From assembly GCA_963759175.1 (NCBI GenBank), contig CAVWXP010000008.1:112937-176936 (forward strand): DNA of 64,000 nt, read 5' to 3'. Source of the stretch: an uncultured Acidimicrobiia bacterium. Its GTDB lineage: Bacteria > Actinomycetota > Acidimicrobiia > Spongiisociales > UBA5794. Positions 39,484 through 49,013 of this stretch are shown piece after piece (within the stretch, counting starts at the first letter, position 1; each line of letters opens with the position of its first letter). Made by a program: the position numbers and the translations under genes. A model generated the notes under the pieces. The model was not told the origin of the DNA. It was given only the letters and a program-made list of their open reading frames with translations, and did no database searches.

Positions 39484-40504
39484 CCCGTTCAGCTAGGTCT
39501 ACCCACCGTGCGTCGGTGGCAGCGATCAATCGGTCGAGCGCGACCGGATACACCGTATCTGGCGTCCCACCCGCCGACCAGACCCAACGGTAGCGGGCAA
39601 GGCTGGCATCTGCGAGGACCGGCATTGGATGTGCATGTCCCACAGCCGGTGTGCCCCCGGCGACGAAACCCGTCACCTCCCTGACGGTGTCGAGCGGCGC
39701 GGGCCTGGCATCCGCCCCGCCCTGGAGACCGGCAAGCTTCTCGGTGTCCACTCGACGGTCGCCGGAACAGATCACGAGCACGGGCACACCATCGACGACG
39801 AAGACCAACGACTTGGCGATCGCACCCAGCTCGGCGCCGACGGCACGTGCCGCATCCGCTGAGGTCTTGGTGCCCTCCGGAAATCGGATCATCGCCGCCG
39901 CGATGCCCTTGTCTGCTGCCGCTGCCACCACCGCTTGTGTTCTCGCCGGCAGGTCCGGGCCCGCCCTGAGGACGCCTCGTTCGGTCACGAGCCAATCCAC
40001 CCGCATGTCGTGGTCGGCCAACGGAACGGCGTCGACGACTCCGGCCCCAGACACCACTCCGATCCGAACGACGCCGTGCGGGAGTCGCGCCAGCAGGCGG
40101 TCGTACATGCCCTTGCCACGGCCGAGACGACCGCCTCGGCGATCGAATGCCATGCCTGGCACGAGGATCACGTCGACGCCGTCGGGATCGATGGGAACAC
40201 TCGAGGGCGACGGCTCGAGGAATCCCCACGGGTGTCGCACGAGCTCGGCCGAACGCAGGTCGTGGAGCGTCAGATGATCATCGGCCTCGATCCGCGGCAC
40301 GACGAAACGGCCGTGGGGGATCTCGAGGAGTGACGTGAGGTCCACCTCCCCCGGCATGGGGAGGAAGGTGGCGATGACGCCGTGGATCGGCGGCCACGCA
40401 GCGAGGTGCCCGACCACTCCGGCGCTGGCGCTGCCATGGTCGATCCCTGACGCCCACGCACGCCAGTCGGCCTTCGGATCGTCGGGGTGCGGAGGTCCAT
40501 CCAT
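39470..40504 (-). CDS. fusion protein: 5-formyltetrahydrofolate cyclo-ligase (N) + YbaK/ProX-type aminoacyl-tRNA deacylase domain (C)
   Basis: N-half …VILVPGMAFDRRGGRLGRGKGMYDRLL… (5-FCL signature). C-half …AAAMIRFPEGTKTSADAARAVGAELGAIAKSLVFVVDGVPVLVICSGDRRVDTEKL… is YbaK-like. Start MDGPPHPDD (approx. 40504). The upstream 204 codons of track ORF 39470..41116 are non-coding-looking. Confidence 0.6.
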   Translation of the reverse strand: MDGPPHPDDPKADWRAWASGIDHGSASAGVVGHLAAWPPIHGVIATFLPMPGEVDLTSLLEIPHGRFVVPRIEADDHLTLHDLRSAELVRHPWGFLEPSPSSVPIDPDGVDVILVPGMAFDRRGGRLGRGKGMYDRLLARLPHGVVRIGVVSGAGVVDAVPLADHDMRVDWLVTERGVLRAGPDLPARTQAVVAAAADKGIAAAMIRFPEGTKTSADAARAVGAELGAIAKSLVFVVDGVPVLVICSGDRRVDTEKLAGLQGGADARPAPLDTVREVTGFVAGGTPAVGHAHPMPVLADASLARYRWVWSAGGTPDTVYPVALDRLIAATDARWVDLAERGDCG

Positions 40505-40628
40505 GGCGACACACCCTAGGTGAGCCGCCGGCGATGGACACGGATGCATCCGACCGCGCTGACCAGCGCATCCCTCGTGCGGTTCGGCGCGGCCCGCACA
40601 ACCCGGATTCACGCCGTACCATCGCTCC

Positions 40629-41849
40629 ATGCACTCAAGGGATGACGAACGCCGGGTACGCCCGATTCCGATCGATGATGACGCCTCGTTCGCTCCTGCG
40701 CCATCGACATCCGATCCTGACGAGGACCACGGCCCACGGTCGGAGCGGCGTCCATGGCTTCCGTTGGCGATCGCCGCAACGGCGATCGTGATCGTGGTGG
40801 CATCCGTCGCCGCGTTCGGCGCCCTGCAGTTCGAGGACCCTCCGCCGATTGGACCTGACGAGTTCGCGAGCACAGGCGAGGAGATCGATGGATCGACGAC
40901 CACCGCGACCACCATCCCGCCACGGCTCGAGGACCTCCTCGGAGGACGCACCGATCGGCTCACGATCATCGCCGAACGCGACGACATGCTGTGGGCGCTG
41001 TCGTGGGATCCATCATTCCGCGAACCGAAGGCCACGGCGCTCGACCTCGAGGAGACCCCAGCCGGCCGGTTCGTCGATGCCTCCTTCGATCGTGGGGGAC
41101 GCGCCGTGGCGGTCATGACGTGCGGACTGCGACCATGTGGCCTCTACCTCGGTTCCGTGCGCGACGTGACCGATGAACCCGATCTCGTCGGTGTCACGAA
41201 CTACATCTGGCACGCCACCGAGGTGGCGCGCATCGCCTGGGTCGCACCGGCCGAGGACGCCTACGAGATCCGAACGGCGACCCTCAGCGGCCGGACCGGG
41301 ACCATCGAGGACGAGACCGTCGCCCTCACCCTGCCCGATCGGGTTGCGCTGGTCCAGTGGGACCGGTCCGGATTCGTCGTGAACGAGCTCATCGAGGATC
41401 GCTCGACGATCGCGTACACCCCCGACGGGGAGGAGCGATGGCGGCTGCCCGGTGCCGCTGCCACCGGAACCGACGACATCGTGGCGGTGTTCCACGACGG
41501 GACGACCTGGACGCTCGTGGATCGACGATCGGGACAACCCGTCGAGGCGACGGACGACCCTCGGGATGGCGCCGTCTTCGTGGCCACCTCCGAAAGCTCG
41601 GACCTCATCGGGATGCTCGTCAATCGGGATGACGGCTCGACGACCCTCGAAGTCACCGGAGGCGACCTCCGGGCCAAACGGGTCGTGACCGTTCCCGACG
41701 ACCTCGAACCCGTCGGGTTCACCGAGGACGGCAGCTTCTTCCTCCTCATCGGCGACGCCCAGGTGGCGTTCGTCGATTGGAACCGGGGAGGAACCCGCAC
41801 GGCGATCCTCCCTCCCGGCTACCGAATCATCGGTCTCCATCTCGGCTGA
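40629..41849 (+). CDS. hypothetical membrane-anchored protein (single TM + ~330-aa extracytoplasmic domain)
   Basis: TM WLPLAIAATAIVIVVASVAAFGAL, then a non-repetitive domain. No family recognised. Confidence 0.5.
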   Translation: MHSRDDERRVRPIPIDDDASFAPAPSTSDPDEDHGPRSERRPWLPLAIAATAIVIVVASVAAFGALQFEDPPPIGPDEFASTGEEIDGSTTTATTIPPRLEDLLGGRTDRLTIIAERDDMLWALSWDPSFREPKATALDLEETPAGRFVDASFDRGGRAVAVMTCGLRPCGLYLGSVRDVTDEPDLVGVTNYIWHATEVARIAWVAPAEDAYEIRTATLSGRTGTIEDETVALTLPDRVALVQWDRSGFVVNELIEDRSTIAYTPDGEERWRLPGAAATGTDDIVAVFHDGTTWTLVDRRSGQPVEATDDPRDGAVFVATSESSDLIGMLVNRDDGSTTLEVTGGDLRAKRVVTVPDDLEPVGFTEDGSFFLLIGDAQVAFVDWNRGGTRTAILPPGYRIIGLHLG

Positions 41850-41931
41850 GCCGGGAGCGAGGCATTCGTGTCGCTGGCGACATCGACGCACCGTGCGTTC
41901 GGGCACCGTGCGTTCGGGCACCTCGCGTCCG

Positions 41932-43113
41932 TCAGAGGGCCCGTGCCAGGTCCACGGCGAGATTCCCCTTCGGACGCACGATGATGTCGCTCAGCCCCAT
42001 CCACTGCGAGAAGGTCTCGAGCTCGCGAGCAAGGGCATTCGCCACCGGAACCCTCCGACCCTCCGACTCCACGAAGGATGACTGCACGAGGAGCGTCGAC
42101 GCCGCCCGATCAGCCTTGAGGTCGACGCGGGCGACGAGGTCCCCGTCCAGCATGAACGGCAGGACGTAGTAGCCGTGGACGCGTCGGGCTTCGGGTACGT
42201 AGATCTCGATCCGGTACCGGAAGCCGAACAATCGCTCGGCGCGTTCGCGATACCACACGACGGGGTCGAAGGGACTCAACAAGGTGGCGCCACGCACTGC
42301 CCGGGGTCGCACCGCTTCGGGATCGAGATACGTCGGCGAGGGCCACCCGGGTACCGAGACCGGTTCGATCTCCCCGGCTTCGGCCATCGCCGCGAGGATC
42401 GGTCGCGCCGTCGGGATGTGCAGGCGGTAGTAGTCGGCTATGTCGTGGAGGGTCCCGATGCCGTGATGGCGTACCGCATCGCGCAGGAGGATTCGATAGG
42501 CGTCCTGCTTGTCGATCGGGGCCGCGTTCATCGCCGATACCGGGAGCCGACGCTCCGGGATGTCATAGAGCCTGGTGAAGTTGCCGGTGCGCACCGCGGT
42601 GATGTCGCCACGAGCGAAGAGGTGCTCGAGGGCGACCTTGCCCGGTCCATAGCCCCACCAGGGCTCGTTGCGGTGGTTCGGCGCATCGAGGTCCCGAACG
42701 GTGAGGGGTCCGTCGTCGCGGACCTGTTCGAACACGCTCTCGATGACGCCGGGATGCTCACGCATCAACGCCTCGGTGCTGCGCCATGGCTTCATCGTGT
42801 CCATCTTCCAACGCCACAGCGGATGGCGGTCCACCGGCAGCACTGCAGCCTCGTGGGCCCAGTACTCGAAGTTCTCACCGCTGTCGTTGAGCCAGCGATC
42901 GAGATGATCGCGGTCGTAGGGCCCGAGCCGGGCGTAGAAGGGCATGTAGTGCGTGCGAACACAGACGTTGACGGAATCGAGCTGCACGAGTCCGATCCTT
43001 CGCATCACCCTACGGAAGTGCCTCGCATCGACACGACCCGTAGGGTTTGCGTCGGCGAAGCCCTGCGCCCCAAGTGCGATACGCCGTGCGGCCTCGACCG
43101 TGACGGTCCTCAT
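41932..43113 (-). CDS. winged-helix DNA glycosylase of the AlkZ/YcaQ family (DUF1006)
   Basis: 393 aa. N-terminus …AARRIALGAQGF… and overall length/composition are typical of YcaQ-like crosslink-repair glycosylases. Homology-based call from memory. Confidence 0.6.
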   Translation of the reverse strand: MRTVTVEAARRIALGAQGFADANPTGRVDARHFRRVMRRIGLVQLDSVNVCVRTHYMPFYARLGPYDRDHLDRWLNDSGENFEYWAHEAAVLPVDRHPLWRWKMDTMKPWRSTEALMREHPGVIESVFEQVRDDGPLTVRDLDAPNHRNEPWWGYGPGKVALEHLFARGDITAVRTGNFTRLYDIPERRLPVSAMNAAPIDKQDAYRILLRDAVRHHGIGTLHDIADYYRLHIPTARPILAAMAEAGEIEPVSVPGWPSPTYLDPEAVRPRAVRGATLLSPFDPVVWYRERAERLFGFRYRIEIYVPEARRVHGYYVLPFMLDGDLVARVDLKADRAASTLLVQSSFVESEGRRVPVANALARELETFSQWMGLSDIIVRPKGNLAVDLARAL

Positions 43114-43185
43114 GTCCCCACCCTTCCGATCGGGTCTACGCTACCGGCATGCTCGAGAACTTCCATCGCAGCGGCGCGCACGTTC

Positions 43186-43911
43186 GTGCTCGTGCCCTTG
43201 TTGTTCCTCTACACGATGGTCCTGGCCATTGCGGTCGTCATCGTGGTCGCCATCGACCCGAAGACGAAGACCCAGGACAGGATCGTCGAGCACTGGGCGA
43301 ACCTCTTCCTCGCCATCCCTCCCGTCAGTATCACGGTGGAGGGCATCGACAACGTCGATCCAGGTCAGCGCTACGTCGTCGCGTCGAACCACCTGTCGAT
43401 GTTCGACATCCCCCTGTTGTTCCGTGTGCTCCCCATCCACGGCCGGTTCCTCTCGAAGAAGGAGGTGTTCCGGTACCCCGTCATAGGACAGGGCATGCGA
43501 GCGATCGGCATCATCGAGATCGATCGCGACTCGAGTGGCTCGTCTCGAGCAGCGATCAACGCCGGCGTCGAGATCGCCGCGCAGCGCGGCTATTCGCTGC
43601 TCGTGTTCCCCGAGGGGACCCGGAGCAGGGATGGCGAACTCCTCCCCTTCAAGCGCGGGGCCTTCCGCATCGCCATCGACACGGGACTGCCACTGCTCCC
43701 CGTCGTGATCGAGGGCACGGACCGCATCTCGACGCCCGGTTCCAAGGTGTTCCACCCCGGTTCGGTGGTGGTGCGGATCCTGCCGCCGATCGTGACCAGA
43801 GACATGACGAACAAGGACGACCTGCGGCCATTCGCCGACGCCGTCGAGACCGAGATGGGGACGGTGTACGCAGGCCATGCATCGTGCGAGGCAGGCATGA
43901 GGACGGACTGA
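43186..43911 (+). CDS. plsC: 1-acyl-sn-glycerol-3-phosphate acyltransferase (PlsC family)
   Basis: HX4D motif NHLSMFD, FPEGTRS motif, N-terminal TM. GTG start ~43186; the upstream part of track ORF 42175..43911 is antisense to the glycosylase gene. Confidence 0.8.
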   Translation: MLVPLLFLYTMVLAIAVVIVVAIDPKTKTQDRIVEHWANLFLAIPPVSITVEGIDNVDPGQRYVVASNHLSMFDIPLLFRVLPIHGRFLSKKEVFRYPVIGQGMRAIGIIEIDRDSSGSSRAAINAGVEIAAQRGYSLLVFPEGTRSRDGELLPFKRGAFRIAIDTGLPLLPVVIEGTDRISTPGSKVFHPGSVVVRILPPIVTRDMTNKDDLRPFADAVETEMGTVYAGHASCEAGMRTD

Positions 43912-43926
43912 CCAACGAGTATTCCA

Positions 43927-45399
43927 TCAGTCGTACACCCCCAGCAAGTACGTCCTGCCGTCGCGAACCTCACACAGGTAGGCGCCGACGGATGTGACGA
44001 TCTGATAGCGATCCGACGTCCCTTCGCCGTCCCACCACCGACCGACATGTCGCCATGGACCGGCCCACGACAAGACGGGTTCCCACCGTGAACGGAGCCG
44101 CACCTCGTCGGGCACGCCTTCGACGAAACGAACCGCAAAGGGAACCACGCTCGGGGGAACGAGGGCAGGCGCGGGGCTCGGTACGCGCCCCGGCCACGGT
44201 GCGGCGACATCCCGGACAGCCACGACCGGCCGATCCCCCCACCGACTCCACAGCACGTCATCGCCGGGATTCCGGCCACCCTGCGGACTGGCCACGAGGA
44301 GGTTGTCGGTCCCGGCAATGGCCTGTACCTCCATGAGAGCTCGCTGGGTTTCGGCCGTGCTCCTCGCATCCTCCGAGAGCGCCATCTGGCGCCCCTGATC
44401 CGACATGTCGCCGGGGTCGAGCCGCAGTGAGACCATGCCCCCGTGTATGCCGGCACCGACACCTTCGATCCACGCTCGGAGCTGCCATCGGATCCGTTCC
44501 GCAAGGGTGCGATCATCGAACGGGTCAGCGCTCCTCCACGTCCTGGTCCGGGAGGATCCATCACCAGCTCGGGCGGTGACGACCACCTTGTGGGGCGCGA
44601 GCCCATGAACGGCGAGACCGCTGATGAGGCGTTGGGCGAGGTTCCTCGCGAGGAACGCCGCCTGCTCCATGTCATCGACGGGCGGGTCGAAGTCCTCGGA
44701 CACCCCGACATCATCGGGAATCGTGCGCGGATCGACCTGACGGTCCACACCCAGTGCAACACGGTGCGCCTCGAGTCCCTGCCTGCCGAATCGTGACACG
44801 ACGGCATCGCGCGGCAACTCGGCGAGTGCCCCGAGCGTGGTGATGCCGAGCCAACGGAACGTGGCGGCGAGATCCTCGCTGCCGAGGGCCTCCACGTCCA
44901 TCGCCTCGAGGAACTGGCGATCGTCCTCGACCACGAGGATTGGCGCATCACCGCTGGTCATCCGCACGGCCTGTTCGGCGGCGAAGGGTCCCAAACCCAC
45001 CCCGACACGATGGCCATCGCCAAGACCGGCCAGTTCCTTGTCGATTCGCTCGACGAGGGAGGCCTCTCCCCCGTAGTACGTGACCGCCCCCGAGGTGGGG
45101 ATCAGGAGCATGCCGGCCGTGACGACCTCCACTCGCGGGACGAGGGACTCGACCCGCGAGATCACGGGCTCGAATCGGGCCATCTCGGCCGTCAGATCCT
45201 GGTGCACGGTGACCACGGAGGGGCAAACGGCTTCGGCCGCCCTGCGCAGCATGCCGATGGCGACCCCTGCGTCGGTCGCGAGGGCATTGCAGGCAATGAC
45301 CCTGCCGTCGTCGGCTATCGCCTGGGTGGGTTCATCCTGCGAAACGTCGGGTCGTGTGAGCGCCCACAGGGGGTACCACACGCAGATCGTGCGTTCCAT
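43927..45399 (-). CDS. imuB: ImuB (catalytically inactive Y-family polymerase-like mutasome subunit)
   Basis: N-terminus MERTICVWYPLWAL… resembles the ImuB consensus (…LALWCPDWP…). UmuC-like fold without the acidic catalytic triad context. Immediately downstream of imuA'. Confidence 0.8.
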   Translation of the reverse strand: MERTICVWYPLWALTRPDVSQDEPTQAIADDGRVIACNALATDAGVAIGMLRRAAEAVCPSVVTVHQDLTAEMARFEPVISRVESLVPRVEVVTAGMLLIPTSGAVTYYGGEASLVERIDKELAGLGDGHRVGVGLGPFAAEQAVRMTSGDAPILVVEDDRQFLEAMDVEALGSEDLAATFRWLGITTLGALAELPRDAVVSRFGRQGLEAHRVALGVDRQVDPRTIPDDVGVSEDFDPPVDDMEQAAFLARNLAQRLISGLAVHGLAPHKVVVTARAGDGSSRTRTWRSADPFDDRTLAERIRWQLRAWIEGVGAGIHGGMVSLRLDPGDMSDQGRQMALSEDARSTAETQRALMEVQAIAGTDNLLVASPQGGRNPGDDVLWSRWGDRPVVAVRDVAAPWPGRVPSPAPALVPPSVVPFAVRFVEGVPDEVRLRSRWEPVLSWAGPWRHVGRWWDGEGTSDRYQIVTSVGAYLCEVRDGRTYLLGVYD

Positions 45400-45985
45400 G
45401 GTCCTCGATCTCGATCGTGTGCTCCCTACCGCGTACCGCCTTGCCCGATGCCTCGAGCAGGGTCCTCCTCCTGGTCAGGTGGCCGTGTCCGGCATCGGTG
45501 CCCTCCCAGGTCGTGGAGTGGGCCTCGAGCCTCAGCTGGGCGACCCCATTGGGTATGGACCCGGCGAGAGGGCGCAGGACGAGCGGGGTCCTGTGGGTTC
45601 GCGCCTTTGCAGCAAGCTGGCGCAGTGCGACATCGCGTACCCCGGAAGGCACCTCGGCATAGACACCCCTGACCCCGGGCAGCAGGGCCGCAACGACCCT
45701 GCTCCAGACGACCACATCGGCGCATCGGACCACGATCAGGCGGTCGGGGGACACTCCCATCTCCCACAGCGCCGCGGGGTTCAACCATCCGCGCACATCG
45801 AGATACGCAAGACCTCCCTCCGATGTGTGGGGAAGCAGCAGGGAAAGACCCAGCCGGGTGAGCCCGCTCCCGGGAACACCGGTGAGGCCGGCGACCTGAC
45901 CGGGTTCGAGCGCGATCATCCCCAGGGTGGATACGACGTCTGTCCCGACCTCGTCGAAGTCGGTGTGCTGTAGGGGTACGACCAC
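45332..45985 (-). CDS. imuA: ImuA' (RecA/SulA-like mutasome accessory protein)
   Basis: 217 aa. …LTGVPGSGLTRLGLSLLL… RecA-like P-loop remnant. LexA box 62 bp upstream. 68-nt overlap with imuB. Confidence 0.75.
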   Translation of the reverse strand: MVVPLQHTDFDEVGTDVVSTLGMIALEPGQVAGLTGVPGSGLTRLGLSLLLPHTSEGGLAYLDVRGWLNPAALWEMGVSPDRLIVVRCADVVVWSRVVAALLPGVRGVYAEVPSGVRDVALRQLAAKARTHRTPLVLRPLAGSIPNGVAQLRLEAHSTTWEGTDAGHGHLTRRRTLLEASGKAVRGREHTIEIEDHGTHDLRVVPPVGAHTTRRFAG

Positions 45986-46046
45986 GTCCGGTGTGTCCTC
46001 GTCGCGTGCACCAGCGTGGGGCGTCCTCGCTGGGCCGTCATTCTAA

Positions 46047-46062
46047 TCGAACATGTGTTCGA
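46047..46062. promoter_or_regulatory. LexA/SOS box TCGAACATGTGTTCGA (second copy)
   Basis: Identical to the dnaE2 box, located in the imuA'/dodecin divergent intergenic region. Confidence 0.85.
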
Positions 46063-46182
46063 TTGGCAAGAGGGTCCGACGATCCCCGATCATCCGGACT
46101 CCGCCGATGTATCGGTGCCCAGAGGGGGGCCTGCCGGTGTACGCTGGCACCGAGGCGAGCAACCGTGAAAGGAGCGCCCCAG

Positions 46183-46386
46183 GTGTCAGTTGCGAAGGTG
46201 ATCGAGATCACGTCCACCTCCCCCGGATCCTTCGAGGATGCGATTCGCAAGGGGATCGCGAAGGCGCAGCAATCGATCGACGGCATCCGTGGTGCATGGA
46301 TCTCCGAACACAAGGTCGAACTCGCCGAGGACGGGACCATCAGGCACTTCCGCGTCGACATGAAACTCACCTTCGTCCTCGAGTAG
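46183..46386 (+). CDS. dodecin family flavin-binding protein (67 aa)
   Basis: VSVAKVIEITSTSPGSFEDAIRKGIAKAQQSIDGIRGAWISEHKVELAEDGTIRHFRVDMKLTFVLE matches the dodecin signature. GTG start with AAAGGAG 9 nt upstream. Confidence 0.8.
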   Translation: MSVAKVIEITSTSPGSFEDAIRKGIAKAQQSIDGIRGAWISEHKVELAEDGTIRHFRVDMKLTFVLE

Positions 46387-46551
46387 GCCCTTCACCTCGA
46401 AGGGTGAACGGACGACCTCGGGACTGGACCTGGACATCCAGCCATGACTTCACTACCTCATCGCCGGGTGCCGGTCTACCTCGAATCCGTTGCAGATCCC
46501 GATCCGCCCACCGAGGTCGAGATCCACAACGACGAGCCCTTCCCGATCGGG

Positions 46552-47439
46552 ATGCGTCGCGTGATGATCACCCAGATCGACCGGGTCCTCGACGCCGTCA
46601 CCACGAAACAGGACCACGACCCAGCGGTCCATGAGGCCCGGAAGGCCATGAAACGCATCCGGGCACTGCTCAGGCTCGTGCGAGATGAGATCGGGGACGA
46701 CATCTATCGCAACGAGAACGCGGTCTTCCGAGACGTGGGCCGGACGCTCGCTCCGCCTCGCGACGCACTCGTGATGGTCGACACACTCACCTCGGTGGTG
46801 GTTCGCCACCGGAACCTGATCGCCCCCGATGCCTACAGCGACACCCTGGCACTCCTCGATGTCGACCATCGACGGATCCGCAAGTCGATGTTCGACGACC
46901 GGCAACTGATGTCCGACCTGTCGATCACGCTCAAGGCGGCGCGGACGCGCTTCGGCGGCGGGCGGGCGGTCGATCGACCGGAGGCCCGATCCCACGTGCG
47001 CGACGACTTCGCCGCCATCGAGGGGGGTCTCCGGCGCGTCTACCACCGGGGCCGCAAGGCGGTACCGGGAACCGGAGCGCACCCGACCACTGAGGAGCTC
47101 CACCGGTGGCGCAAGCAGGTCAAGTACCTGCGGTACCAGCTCGAAACCCTGACTCCCCTGTGGCCCGAAGTGGTCGGCGCAGAGGCACAACGACTCTCGG
47201 ACCTCGGTGAGCTCCTCGGGAGCGACCACGATCTCGCCACCCTCCTTGCGACGATCGACCATTCACCCCGCTTGTGTCCGGATCCAAGCGCACGAGCGAT
47301 GCTCTCGGCCCTGGTATCGGAGATCAGGAGGGAGCTCCTCATCGAGGCTGCGGCGCAGGGAGCCGCATCGTACGGTGAGACCGCTCGTGGTTTCGCCTCG
47401 CGCTACGAGGGTTACTGGAGGGCGGCGCGATCGAGCTGA
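46552..47439 (+). CDS. CHAD domain-containing protein
   Basis: Repeated His/Arg-containing helices (…HEARKAMKRIRALLRL…, …HRWRKQVKYLRYQLE…). The start could be as early as 46444 (track). Confidence 0.7.
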   Translation: MRRVMITQIDRVLDAVTTKQDHDPAVHEARKAMKRIRALLRLVRDEIGDDIYRNENAVFRDVGRTLAPPRDALVMVDTLTSVVVRHRNLIAPDAYSDTLALLDVDHRRIRKSMFDDRQLMSDLSITLKAARTRFGGGRAVDRPEARSHVRDDFAAIEGGLRRVYHRGRKAVPGTGAHPTTEELHRWRKQVKYLRYQLETLTPLWPEVVGAEAQRLSDLGELLGSDHDLATLLATIDHSPRLCPDPSARAMLSALVSEIRRELLIEAAAQGAASYGETARGFASRYEGYWRAARSS

Positions 47440-47509
47440 CGAACCATTCTGCCCATCACGGCCCGATCGAAGCGACCATGCCGTCGGTAGGCATCGTGAA
47501 TCCCGATCG

Positions 47510-48148
47510 TCAGGCCGCGTCGGCGAACTGCGACACCCAGGTCGGATAGCCGCGGCTGTCCGCGCTCGTGACGGCCATGCCAGCGGGGATCGGCGTGTCC
47601 GCGAGGAATGAGACGAGACCCTCGGCCAATGCCACTTCTCGCTGCGAGGGATCACCGAACGACTCGAGGCAGAGGGACCATGCCGTATGGCCGGCGACGC
47701 GAAGGGCTGCGAGCTCCGCCTCGCAACCGAACCCGGTACCACCACCATCGATGGCAACGTCACCGGAGCGGTAGATCCTCGTCAGCAGTTCCTTCTCGAC
47801 GACGACGAGCTGCTCCACGATGCGCGGATGGTCCTCGGGGATCGGCTTCACGACCTTCACCCAGTCCTCGACCCGGCCACGGATTCCGTTCCCGAGATCG
47901 ACATCGTCGGTGGCACGGAGCAGGTGCTTCGCGTCCAAGGACATGGTTCCTCGATACTTCACACCGATGCCACGAAGGGCGGAGCGACGATCGTATCGAT
48001 CGAGCCGTTCCTCCCGGAACCCGAGTCTGCCGCCAGCCGTGAACCAATCGCGCACGGCGTCGGGAACCTCACCGGGAGTGAACCAGCGGACCTCCCTCGT
48101 GACGAGGACGCCGAAGCGAGTTGCGATCAGCCCAGTGGATGCTTCCAT
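47510..48148 (-). CDS. hypothetical protein (212 aa)
   Basis: Protein-like composition. No family recognised. Confidence 0.45.
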   Translation of the reverse strand: MEASTGLIATRFGVLVTREVRWFTPGEVPDAVRDWFTAGGRLGFREERLDRYDRRSALRGIGVKYRGTMSLDAKHLLRATDDVDLGNGIRGRVEDWVKVVKPIPEDHPRIVEQLVVVEKELLTRIYRSGDVAIDGGGTGFGCEAELAALRVAGHTAWSLCLESFGDPSQREVALAEGLVSFLADTPIPAGMAVTSADSRGYPTWVSQFADAA

Positions 48149-48283
48149 ACCAGCCCTGTACCTTCGTCCGTCGAACCAGCCGCCGCAAACCCGTCGGTGC
48201 CATCGGCGTGCGCCGCGGGCATCGCACGACGCCGGGACGGGATACTAGGGCCGATGACGGCCACCGCTCGCCGCACGCGCTGG

Positions 48284-48907
48284 TCAGCCGCGACGGGTGA
48301 ACAGATAGGCGAACGGTGACCTCGTGTAGCGAATGCCTCGACCCCACGCATGGAGGTACTCGACCGTGATCGGTACCGGTTTCGCTGGGATCAAATAGGT
48401 GTCGAGGTCCGCGTCCACCACGTGGTAGTCGCCGGATCGCGACACCACGACACCGGTCAATTCGTACCGGGGATCCAAGGCGGCCATGGCGACATCGCCG
48501 TGGCTCGGTGCGACGAGGAGCGTCCCTCCGACACGGAGGTACGTGGTGCACGCCTCCGACACGAAACCCGCATAGAGCGACACGAGAAGGTCGAACGACT
48601 CGTCCGGCAGATCGAGGTCCACGGTGTAGTCAGCCTGGATGAACCTCACCCTTGCGTCGACATCACCGCCCCCCGCTTGGACGATCTCTGCGATACCGCC
48701 CGCATCTCGAAAGAACGCCGCTGCACGGTCGTCGACATCGACGTAGGTGACGGAGGTGAAGGCCATCGACGCCGCGATATCCACATACGAACCCGGGTAG
48801 AGCACCGAGCCATCACCGAGGTGATCACGTACGGCGACGAAGAGGCGCTGTCTGTCACCTTCGTGGGCGTTCTGCTTCTCCCACATCGCACGTGTTCTCG
48901 ATTCCAT
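48284..48907 (-). CDS. hypothetical protein, possibly Rossmann/methyltransferase-like fold
   Basis: …VLYPGSYVDIAASMAFTSVTYVDVD… resembles a degenerate SAM-MTase motif I / post-I region. Weak call. Confidence 0.4.
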   Translation of the reverse strand: MESRTRAMWEKQNAHEGDRQRLFVAVRDHLGDGSVLYPGSYVDIAASMAFTSVTYVDVDDRAAAFFRDAGGIAEIVQAGGGDVDARVRFIQADYTVDLDLPDESFDLLVSLYAGFVSEACTTYLRVGGTLLVAPSHGDVAMAALDPRYELTGVVVSRSGDYHVVDADLDTYLIPAKPVPITVEYLHAWGRGIRYTRSPFAYLFTRRG

Positions 48908-49013
48908 GGATGCACGGTACCGCGGGTACCCGACACACCTCGGGATCGGGCTGCGGCTCCGGACGCGAGGGAGGGACCCGGTCCCGGGTCCCTCCCTCGT
49001 CGCCTACGTGGGT

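Noticed and set aside
40505-41116. N-terminal 204 codons of track ORF 39470..41116
   Set aside because: Composition is Ser/Arg/Ala/Gly junk with no similarity to 5-FCL N-termini. The real gene most likely starts at the internal Met (~40504).
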